DNA of 64,000 nt, taken from the NCBI RefSeq assembly GCF_963921235.1, contig NC_086108.1, forward strand, positions 100,256,001-100,320,000. Reading direction: 5' to 3'. The DNA comes from Mobula hypostoma (Eukaryota). A model generated the notes under the pieces. It searched no databases and had not been told where the DNA came from. It was given only the letters and a program-made list of their open reading frames with translations. Both the position numbers and the translations under genes were made by a program. Shown in pieces: positions 52,901-64,000 of this stretch (its first letter is position 1; each line of letters starts with the position of its first letter).

Positions 52901-55900
52901 GATTTGCATGTTTGTTTATTATTATTTTATTTATTTTTTATTACTTTTTCTCAGCTAGATTATGTATTGCATTGAACTGCTGCTGCTAAGTTAACAAATT
53001 TCACGTCACATGCCAGTGATAATAAACCTGATTCTGATTCTAATTCCAGATATGTTCATGAGAATGCGGGCTCTTCCAGTAGGATTGGACGCACCTTGTT
53101 ACGGCCAATTATGAGAAGGTTAACCGTTATATAATCTGGCTATTGCCGGTTAGGGGTCCAGTCGCCCACAAATAGACAGTCTTTCAATCAGTGAAGTGAT
53201 CCCGTGAAAATGGTGGCCGTAAAACAGAGCACAGCTCCTAGCTTTGTGAAGTGATCGCCGCGTGCATCCCGGGTGAGTTATTGACTATAATTCATGACAA
53301 GGTAAATATAACTTTAATGGCACTGTGAAAATCCACGTGGAGAGTTTGAGATTTATGGCGGAAACGCGGTAATCGCTCACAGTTCAGCCATTACCCCATC
53401 AGGGGCTGTTCATGGACCAGTGAGACTGATTGACATCAGTGGATGCTACCGATTTGCAAAAAAAAGATTTACACAGGGAGTCCGACGGAGTGATGGCTTA
53501 TTATGCAACAGAGTGGCCTCGCTGCAAAGTGACCCTGCTTTTCATTCCTATAACAACCGTGAACCGCAGTTATTCTGGTTTTCAGATTGACAGGGTTAAC
53601 GAGCGTACTAATGACAGACAACGTGTGGTAATGATCCCAGGATTCTGGCATGTTTTATGCTGGTTCGGGGATTGTTTCCCAACTGACGCGCATTTCCCAG
53701 AAATAAAGTCCAAGTGTTAATGAATGCAATACCCGCAGATAAAGGCAGGGGAAAGAGGAATATAGTGATAAGACTTTAAGACAATAAGACCGTAAGGCAT
53801 AGGAACAGAGTACGTCCATTCGGCCAATCAAGTCTGTTCCGCTATTCTATGCTGGCTGATCTATTATCCTTCATGAAACATATTCTCTTGCCTTCTCCCC
53901 AGAACCCTTACCCATCAAGAACCTATCACCCTTCGCTATAAATATACTCCAATGCTTTGGCCTCTACACTCGTCCGTAGCAATGAATTCCTCCCTTCAAG
54001 AAATTCCACCTCATCTCTGTGCTAAAGGGAGATCCTTGAATTCGGAGGAAAATCCTTTCTAAGTCCAGTCAACTCAGGCCTTGCATAGGCTTCAATGAGA
54101 ACTATGCACCCCCTTCATAAGCGTTAATATTCGAAGATATATAACATAAATTCTACGATATTACAGCTTAGTTATTAAGAGTCCACCGCCCCCCCCCCCA
54201 ACACCTTAACAAGACTGGGACGCGCAACAAAGCAGAGAACGCCCCCCTCACCCTCCCAAGCAAAAAAAAAACCTCAGGTGTTGAAACTCGTTTTTATTTC
54301 AAGCCTCGATTGCAGTTCCTCGCTATTAATGAACTATTGTTTCCTCTCTTCCCCGCTGACACACAGATTGTTCCCTTTTCTAATTTCTGCTCAAATTCCA
54401 CCCAGAGCCGACTTCCCAACCTATTCATCCAAATGAATGATGTGAATAATACCGTTTTCACAATGGAATAATTAATTTGTTCCAACTATTAGAACAAGAG
54501 AGAAATATGGACGGCGTTGCACCGGAGCCCCGGAGGAGCCCCCCTTTGTTTGTTCTTTAATGAGCTTTTGGTAAATGGCTAAGAAATATTGCCTTTTTTC
54601 TCTGTGTAATATGATCGAGGAAAAGTATATTGAGGAGAATGGAAATCCCCCAGCGAAAAGAGTTACCAAAGGCACCCACCCATTATTCGCGAGTGGTTTA
54701 ACGTCCTCTTCACAGCGCACTTGATTAAGGTCCACGTTACTGGAGCTACACGCGAGCTCTCAATGCCGCGATATGAAGCAGGTAGAATCTAATGAGCTGT
54801 CCTGTGATAAATTTCATAATTATTCTACCCCACTGCTAAGAGAAAATTCATCAGTCAAAGTAAATTAGTTCAGATTCATTAGTATAAGGAATCTAGCGAG
54901 CGCATGTACTTTATTAGTTTCTTACGCCAATAGGTTTAATTAGCTACATATTTCACACAACAGTGTTTCTTCAACCTGTTCTTAAGAAAGTGACTGCCTG
55001 ATGTCCTTTATTTACAGTTGCAGGCTACTAGAGGCCGACTTAACCGCGTCATTAATTCTGAAAACAAAGATAGACTCAGTTTATTAACCAGAGTTCGCAC
55101 CAAATCTCCCCTCTCTCAATGAACTGGACAAATGTTTTCCTATCCTCCCCCACCTCCCAGTCTCCTGATTCCGATGTGTTCCACGCCAAATTGCGCCGCG
55201 CATCGTAACATCGACCCAACACGAAATAGACCCAAGGGATACGGGCGTACATCACATTCACACACACAAACACAAACACAAACACACATGACGATTCGAA
55301 ACACAGAACAACAATTTTGTCTCCGATTTCTGCAGTTGTCTCCGTCCTTTTGATTATCAATAGACCCACATCTGCGATTAGTTCTATATATGAAACAGAT
55401 CTAAGATCTTTCATACTCATTTTCTAAATAATCATAGTTGGTGTACTTGCTTCTCGCCAAAACATGTTTTTTTTTATGCGAGAGGCTAATTTTCAAACAT
55501 GCCACTTACTTGCCGTTACACAAAGTGTTCCTTCAGACTTCTTCAATATCAATGACAATTCCCACCATCTCCAGCGCTCACAGAGAATTGTCGGGAACCT
55601 TGCGCCTTCTACCGGAGAGCGCTGGAATTGCAGCACGGGTCCGCCAAATACTGTACCTCGCGGTATTCCGTGCCATCAAAGTTATGGACTGAGGCCTATA
55701 GGTTGTACTGTAACTTGCAATGAAGTTTCAAAACACAATCCTTGAAAGTTACACGGTGTATATAGAGCTTGTAAAAAGATTAGCTTTACTGTATTTGTCA
55801 CATGGACATCGAAACATACAGTGAAGTGGGTGGTTCTGCGTCAATGACCAAAACAGTCCGAGAATTGTGCTGGGGGAAGCCCACGAATACGCCACGCTTC

Positions 55901-58243
55901 CAGTGCCAACATACGAAGCCCACACTCACTAACCCAAGGATTCAAACTCCCCCATTCAGTGCGAAGTCAAGTCCAGTTTATTATCATATGCACAGCATGG
56001 CCAGGTACAGGAACAACAGAGAGGGCACAAAGGAGGTTCATGAGAATTAACCCACAGGAATGAAATGGTTAACTAATGAGGAGCGTTTGATGGCTCTGGG
56101 CCTTTACTCGCTGGAGTTTAGAAGAATGAGGGGAGGATCTCACTGAAGCCTTTCCAATGTTGAAAGGCCTAGATAGAGTGGATGTGGACAAGATGTTTGC
56201 TGTCCTTGGGGAGTCTAGGATTGCTTGGCACAGCCTTAGCATACAAGGCTGTCCCTTTAGAACAGAGATGAGAAGGAAGTTTTTGAGGCCGAGGATCATG
56301 AATCTGTGGAATTCATTGTTATAGACAACAGTGGAGGCCAAGTCATTGGATATATTTAAAGCAGAAGTGATAGGTTTTTAATTAGTGAGGACATCAAAGG
56401 TCACGGAGAGAAAGCGAGAAGGCAGGAGATTATGGTTCAGAGGGATAACAGATTGGCCATGATGAAATGATGGAGCAGAATTGATGGGCCGAATGGCCCA
56501 ATTCTGCTCCTGTGATCTTATGGTCTGAAACTTGCTGGCAGTTCTACATAAATTTTGTGAGGTAGTGAAGAAAGAAAGGCTGCATGAAGCAAGATATCAG
56601 TGCAAAAACAAAATATCCTTGGTTGAAGAATTTGATGGGTTGTAGGAATGTAGCAAGCATGACATTGGGGTTCTAACCTGGTATCACTTAATGGCTGTTT
56701 GACAGTCAGAAATCTCCAATATAGGAAAACAACAGCAAACTGCCATGGCAGCAGAAAAGATGCAGCTTACCATCACTGCAGGACTGGCATGTGTCCAGGA
56801 CAAAGAAACCGGCAGGAAAATTTATTGCAGACACTACCTCCTGCCCAAACTCCCTTTTCCAAAATCTTCCTTCTGTAAAGTGCTGAAACTTCACACCATT
56901 TTAGAAGTTTCTTACCCTGGAAGGTTAATTTGATCAACCATTCTATTTAGCCCTCAAACCCCCTCTATCTATAATCTGAGAGTGATATCATCTGCAGCTT
57001 AGCTCCTTTTATGGGTCACCCATTGCAGTTTGGTCAAGGTGGAGATTCCAGCCAACGAGCGATCCAACCAAGACCTCAACGGTGGAACTGGTGGAAGATT
57101 ATGACGCATCACAATGGCAGTGAAGGCAGGGGATAGTTACGGCAGTGAAGGCTTTCTCCAGTCGTATTGGATGCCATGCCATGGGACCGTGACTCTGATC
57201 TGTCAAAGACTGTGAGGTGGCTGCCCATGCATCAGCCTATGCATCAGCCTCCCCACTTGAAACACAGTCAAGCTTTGGAATTCTTCATTAAGGGAATAAC
57301 TTCTTAGGAGAATATCATTCTCAACGATAAGTGATTGTACTACCACTGTAAACAGTTTGAATGTCTATTTGTAATACTGTTCACATTGTAGATACATGGT
57401 GATATTTATGCATTTCTACACATTTTATTCCACGTCCTTACTTCTGACTTCAAATTCTTTATTCTTCATAATTGGTTGCATGTTGCACCAACACACCACA
57501 GCGAATTCTTACTACATATGAATGTAGCTGGTGAATAGAGATGATCCTTGGTCCTCCTCGATATGTCAGAAAACTTAGATATCTTATACTTGTTTCCCTC
57601 ATAATGGAATCAAAGATAACATATCTACGTTTCTTGATGATGCAAAGCTGGTGGGCAATGTGGGCCGCAAGGAAAAGGCAAAAAAGCTTCAGGGAGAGAT
57701 AGAGAAAGGGTATAAAGACCATGGGACCACAAGACATAATTAGGCTGTTCATCCCATTGACTCCCCCATTGTTTCATGGCTGATTTATTGTCTCTCTTAA
57801 CCCCAATTTCCTGCCTCCTCCCTGTAACCTTTATGCACTTTAAATATACCTAATGATTTAGTTCCCACAGCCATCTGTGGCAATGAATTCCACAGCTTCA
57901 CCACTCTCGGGTTAAAGAAATTCCTCCTCATCTCCATTCTAAAGGGATGCCCGTCTATTCCAAATCTCTCAGTCATTTCTACCAGGTGATTGAGAGGCCT
58001 CTTCATACTCTCCAGTAATTTTGGGCCCTATTGTGGAGTTCCTCTTTAATGGCTCTATTCTTTTTTTTAAGATGATCATTTCTACCCTCAGGTACTAATC
58101 TGGGACTAGAAATACAAGTAATTATGCAAGTGTATTTGATCAGGAGAGCAAGTGCAAGGGCAATTGCAATTTGCAATTGATCAAGTGCAATTTCCACCAC
58201 CTATCTGGAGTGTCAGTACTAGTTCAAAAGCATCTGGAGCTCA

Positions 58244-58915
58244 TAGAACATAGAACATAGAATAGTACAGCACAGTACAGGCCCTTCAGCCCACATTGTT
58301 GTGCCGACCTTCAAACCCTGCCTCCCATATAACCCCTCACCTTAAATTCCTCCATATACCTGTCTAGTAGTCTCTTAAATTTCACTAGTGTATCTGCCTC
58401 CACCACTGACTCAGGCAGGGTATTCCACGCACCAACCATTCTCTGAGTGAAAAAGCTTCCTCTAATATCGCCCTTGAACTTCCCACCCCTTACTTTAAAG
58501 CCATGTCCCCTTGTATTGAGCAGTGGTGCCCTGGGGAAGAGGTGCTGGCTATCCACTCTATCTATTCCTTTTAATATCTTGTATACCTCTGTCATGTCTC
58601 CTCTCATCATCCTCCTCTCCAAAGAATAAAGCCCCAGCTCCCTTAATCTCTGATTATAATCCATACTCTCTAAAACAGGTAGCATCCTGGTAAATCTCCT
58701 CTGTACCCTTTCCAATGCTTCCACATCCTTCCTTTAGTGAGGCGACCAGAACTGGACACAGTACTCCAAGTGTGGCCTAACCAGAGTTTTATAGAGCTGC
58801 ATCATTACCTCGCGACTCTTAAACTCTATCCCTCCACTTATGAAAGCCAGCACCCCATAAGCTTTCTTAACTACACTATCTACCTGTGAGGCAACTTTCA
58901 GGGATCTGTGGACAT
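58244..58915 (-). mobile_element. CR1 LINE 3' fragment, same subfamily as 49386-49915
   Basis: LYKTLVRPHLEYCVQFWSPH...LERVQRRFTRML; 3'UTR and tail almost identical to the 49.4 kb copy. Confidence 0.9.
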
Positions 58916-59997
58916 CATATTGAGACAAACACAGGCACTGCAGTTTTATTTAAAGGCGGAACTACATCATAGTCAAAGTAGAAAAATATGAGACCGTCCA
59001 CTTTGATAGGATAAAACAGAAAAGCCAGTCTGGTGACAATTTGGAATCTGTTAATATTGGATCCCCTTGTATATGGACCATGAAAATTAACATGAATTGA
59101 ATTACATTGAATTGACTTTATTTTTTACATCTTTCACATACACGAGGAGTAAAAATCTTTATGTTACATCTCCAGCTGAATGTGCAATGTGCATTTTATA
59201 GTGATTTGGAATAAATAGTATGTAAAACAGGACAGAAAATATAGCATAGAAATACAATTGTGTCCACGTGAACATGGAGGAACATAAAGCAATTAGGAAG
59301 GCAAATGAAGAATACAAGACTTTATTTTTCAGTCTCTCTTCATGATCGAGCCCTGTAGTGCTGGTAATTGGAGAGATTGGATAAGTTAGGGTGATGCAGT
59401 GCACTGAAGTGGTTAGTAACACTATTATAGTGCCAGTGACCCGGGATCCGTTCCCGCTGCTCTCTGTGAGGAATTTGTACGTTCTCCCTGAGACCATGTG
59501 GATTTCCTCTGGGTGCTCTGGTTTCCTCCCACATTGCAAAGATGTACTGGTTAGTTGGTTAATTGGTCACATGGGTCTAATTAGGCAGTGTGGCCTTGCT
59601 GAGTTGGAAGAGCCTGTACCATGCGGCCAGATTTGGGAACAGCTTCTTTCCAACTGTGATAAGACTGCTGAACGGATCCTGACCCGGATCTGGGCCGTAC
59701 CCTCCAAATATCTGGACCTGCCTCTTGGTTTTTTTGCACTACCTTACTTCCCATTTTTCTATTTTCTATTTATGATTTATAATTTAAATTTTTAATATTT
59801 ACTAATTTTAACCATTTTTAGTATTTTATTATTTAATATTTGTAATCCAGGGAGTGTCAAGTGCAAAATCAAATATCGCTGTGATGATTGTACGTTCTAG
59901 TACCAATTTTTTGGCGACAATAAAGTATAAAGTATGCTATATATCAACATAAATAAATTAGCCTGGAGCTAAGGGATAAACTTATAAAGGTATAAAT

Positions 59998-60328
59998 CCT
60001 CCAAGACGATCACAACCTTGTCTGGTTTGGAGGTTTGCGTGCCTCAATGACCCGGAGAGCTGTGTTGGCTGGAATCAGAGCTTCCTGCTTTGGCTCTTGG
60101 TAGGGTCACCCATGTCAAAAGGTAGAGGCCAGACTAAGAGTGGTCCACTGATTCTCCTGGTTTGGGGGTTCAGCTCAGGGCTATCAACCCTGACTGGTAA
60201 AACAAAATTGTTATAGAAACAGCAACGAGGAATCCTTCTACATCTGAGTGGCCAAGGACAGAGATGGAGGAGCTTCATTGCTGTCCTAAACCCCAGCAGC
60301 GTAACAGGCAGTAAGTAAGTCAGTAAGT
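59998..60328 (+). mobile_element. Bipartite non-autonomous RTE derivative (a related type near 40928-41185 and 50700-50910)
   Basis: RTE 5'UTR-like ACAACCTTGTC...CTCAATGA...GTAGGGTCACCCA...GTGGTCCACTG joined to an RTE-like 3' end with a (TAAG)n tail. Confidence 0.55.
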
Positions 60329-61504
60329 TATTAAATGCTATTACTGCACCTGCCTCGACCACTTCCTTTGGCAGCTTGTTTTATTTCTGCACCACCCTCT
60401 GCTTAAAGAATTTGCCCCTCGGGTCTATTCTAAATCTTTTCACTCTCACCTTAAACCTACACTTCAGTTTTTGATTCCCTTTCCCTGAAAAAAGACAGTC
60501 TGCACTCACCTTACCGACCTCACTCATGATCTTATACACCCTTACAAGGCCAGTGGTGTCACTAAATGGTATTAGTGTCAAAGTCCAAGCTGAGTTTATT
60601 GTTATATTCACAGGTACAACGGCAAACATATGCAGCAACATCTCAGGCACATAGCATCATATGCATAGTATTCACATGAAAAATAATATAATTTAAACAC
60701 CATTTTTACAAGGAAGAACATAGAATGAAAAACAAAACAATGTCCATTTTAATGTAAATTAGTCAAAGTTGCTATACTGTAGTGCTTAGGGTTTTGTTGG
60801 TTAGTTCAAGAACTGAAAGGCTGAAGGGTAATGGATGTTCCTGAACCTGGTGTAGTGGGAGTTCAGGCTTTTGTACCTCCTGCCTGGTCTTATTTATTTA
60901 GAGAATACAGGCCCTTCCAGCGCAATGAACCCAACTGCATGCAATTGAACAATTACCCTATCAAGCCATATGTGTTTTGGATGTGGAGGAAAACCAAGCA
61001 GCTGAAGGAAGCACCTTACAGACGGCGGTGGAATCGAACAGGTTGCTGGCACTTTAATAGCGATACACTAACCTCCTTGCTACAGTACCGTTGCCTGTTA
61101 ACCAGGATTATGGTAGCTGTGAGAAGATGCTATGGTCTGGATGGTGAGGGGCTTTGTCGACAGATATTTCCGGCATCTTCCCCCTTCCTTTCCAGCCCTA
61201 ACAAAGGGCCTCAGCTACATCGGGTTCTAGTTTGTCCTACTTTTCTCCCAGTTACTTCCTTGCCCTTCAATGTTCACTGAGTAATGGTGCAGGCATGCAA
61301 CCCTGAATGACACATTGTGACTTCTGGCTCTCACGTTCTTAAAATGAAGCTGAAACTCTCAGGAAGTATGTCAACAAAATCAAGCTCCTACTGAGATAAA
61401 TGATGAGGTGGGAGAGCCCTTAGATCCACACCTAATCTCTCCATATTATTTTGTTTTCATTTAGAGATACTTCCAGCCCAATTTCACCCTTTGGCCAATT
61501 AACC

Positions 61505-61889
61505 TGGGTGGTGGGGTGGAGATATGTTTCTACCAAAGGAGGTGTAAGGTACTCCTCCCCTTCACTAAACTGCAGGTCACCTTTGGGCAAGGTGTAGCAT
61601 CTGCTTAGCCTCCTGATCAGGGTCACGTGAAGCCATGGGATCAGGTGGTGGGTGGTCTTATGAGCAGACAGTGCGTGTCACAAGTCCTGGTTATGCGACC
61701 ACTGACGCCAGGCAGACAAGCTCTGGATAGTATTGATAATGGCTGGGGTCACCTGTCTTGTAAAGACACTGCCCAGAAGAAGACAATGGCAAACCACTTC
61801 TGTAGAAAAATATTTCAGAAACAATCATGGTCATGAGACCACGAATGCCTATGTCATAAGACACGGCACGTAACAATGACGAGAATAAT
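61505..61889 (+). mobile_element. RTE-related short element with a 9-bp TSD, inserted into a V-SINE
   Basis: CAATTAACC at 61496-61504 and 61890-61898; AATGGCAAACCACTTC motif typical of RTE/BovB 5'UTR-derived bodies. Confidence 0.6.
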
Positions 61890-62663
61890 CAATTAACCCG
61901 CTATCGGACATATCTTTGGAATGTGGGAGGAAACCGGAGCACCCGAGGAATCCCACCCAATTATGAGGAGAATGAACAAACTACTTATGGACAACAGCAG
62001 AATTGCACCCAGGTTGCTGACACAGTAATAGTGTTTTGGTAACCGCAACACTGCCATGACACCCCAAATTTAAAGAGAAATAAAACTCAGCAGTTTCGGC
62101 TACCAAGAAAGTGAAGGAGCATTCTATTATTTTTTTAAATTACATCATCTGTACTACAAAGTTACTGGAAAATTCTGTAGATGATTGAAATATCTTCAAT
62201 GCAAAGAAGCCTCCAAACTATAAGATTTGCAAAACTTGGCTCGACTTGATGTTTAAGGTTATTTTAGTCTATCGCTGGTGTCACATTGTATGTTTTACCT
62301 GAAGAGATCTTCATAAAAGATATCTGGTTAACTTGTGATTCATAGAAGATGGATGTTTTAAATCAGTCATTCTTTTGGGGTGAATTCTGCATGACTCTGA
62401 ATGGAGTGGCTGAACGTAAGGAAATCAAAATTCCCATGTGCCAGAGTTGGCTGCAATCCGGCTAAGATTTACCCCCCAGATTAGAAGATTTGGGTCTTAG
62501 TTCCCTCACAGAAACTAAAGAGGAAAGCAAATAGATAGTGCAGTGCAATACAGAGGGAGTGTTGCAGTGATGGAGAGGCTATTATCAGTTTAGACATTAA
62601 CTTGCACCTCTCCACTCTGCTCATAAAATACCTCATGCTGCTATTAAACAAATACTTCATGTC

Positions 62664-64000
62664 CAATGTTCCCTCTAATTTTTAGCAGTCAGTGTGTGCA
62701 AAAATCTTATGTTGTGCAAATGTTTTTCCTGTGACAAATGTATGTACACACTGAATGCACACATGGCACCGTTTATGTAGGTTTACAAAATATTTGACAT
62801 AAAACTGCACAGAATAACAACAAAATAACATACATATTTAAGTCACTCAGTTATTTTTTCCCTCTCCTGTCTTTGGCATTTACCCATTCTTTATAAACAC
62901 TATCTAGACTAATAGAACTTACATCCAAATGATAGCTTTTGATTCTCATTAACATATCCAAATAACATTCACCTAAACGGTTTCTCAGCTTGTTTTTGAG
63001 TTGATTCACTCGGCTAAAACCTCGCTCACAGTCCGCACTAGACGCAAGAAAGGTTCCCCCAATGTCCATCAACTGTGCAAGGTCACAAAACTGTTCATTT
63101 TGAAGTACAAATGCCACCATTTGAGCAAAGTTTGAAACCAGTTTGGATTTAATTTTTTCTTACATGGAAAATTTGAAATCATTAAACTGTCTAACTATTA
63201 CAGTATTTTCAGCTAGAAAATCATGATATTTTAGACATAAGGCATTAACTTGTTCATCGCCAAATGTAAAGTCACAATCTACAATTGCGGAGAAATCAAA
63301 AGTTGACCATTCTTGTACCTCATCTTCAGGAAACCTTTCTTCTAAATGAACACAAAGACTATTTATAAAAGTCAACAGTGAACTTATATCCACTGTGACG
63401 TTTTCTTCACGTTGTTGGCTTAGCAAAACTATAACTTTGTCACTCCACAAAACGTTGTCTCCCAGATATTGCTTTCTTATCTTGTTAATTTTGCCTCGTG
63501 CAAAATGAAGTGAATCAATCAGTGTCAGGCCACTCTTTTGCAGAATCTTTCACAGTGGCACCCAGTTCATCAAAGACCTCACTTAAAACCTGTAAAGCTA
63601 CTTTGTATGTGATGTTTATCAATTTCTTGTGACAGTATTTAGCCACAGGGTCATTTGACTAATCTTTTTCAATAAAAACTTAGTAAGCTATCTACAGGAT
63701 TTGAAACAGATCTTTGTAAACTTTACGATATGAACACTGTCCGCCAAAGATGGCTGCCGTCGTGATGCAGCTGTACAAACCGGAACAGGAAAGGTGAGGT
63801 GACGTAAATTAGTGACGTGCATTGTGGTATTTGAAAACCCGACTAACTACTTAACAGAAGCATTTAGCTAAAAGATAATTTTCAATAAGTATAATTTCGT
63901 TATTTTAGGTAACTAACCTTTTGTGCGCACATTAATTTCCTTTGTGCGCTGGTTGAAAGACATGTGTGCGCGCACACACGCGCACAGCTTAGAGGGAACA
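62664..64000 (-). mobile_element. Internally deleted hAT DNA transposon (about 1.34 kb; right TIR cut by the window end)
   Basis: TIR CAATGTTCCCTCTAA at 62664 and TTAGAGGGAACA at 63989-64000. Transposase C-terminus with the hAT dimerisation motif ASSADCERGFS. ORFs 63160-63450 and 62851-63120 are in the same frame, separated by one stop. Confidence 0.88.

Noticed and set aside
51280..53045. Near-identical 200-bp direct repeats suggesting a composite element
   Set aside because: Two independent 3'UTR copies of the same LINE subfamily.
1..64000. CRISPR arrays, prokaryotic operons or defence systems
   Set aside because: No regularly spaced repeat-spacer arrays or gene-dense ORFs; the DNA is vertebrate with spliceosomal introns.

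Overview
Eukaryotic, repeat-rich vertebrate DNA. The repeat families (CR1, Rex/Babar-like LINEs, HE1-like V-SINEs, Deu-domain SINEs, Penelope-like repeats) point to a cartilaginous fish, probably a ray; this is an inference. The only host gene is LMO4 on the minus strand: four coding exons (26080-26318, 21086-21182, 20461-20616, 13893-13901) give 501 nt and 166 aa with canonical GT-AG sites, plus a probable non-coding exon 1 ending at 27290 and a 3'UTR to about 13095. The rest is gene-desert-like sequence with candidate enhancers and many transposon fragments, including a CR1 nested in an RTE LINE, Tc1 derivatives and a deleted hAT element cut by the window edge. Best leads: (1) small Penelope-derived fold-back elements carrying a minimal hammerhead-ribozyme core, intact in one TSD-flanked copy at 35456-35666; (2) a frame-preserving 9-nt candidate microexon (24102-24110) that would lengthen the LIM1-LIM2 linker; (3) a composite Tc1-MITE structure with a TIR pair at each end. 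There are no prokaryotic systems or CRISPR arrays, and most ORFs in the track are spurious or TE remnants. Repeat boundaries are approximate and family names come from recognition, not database searches.
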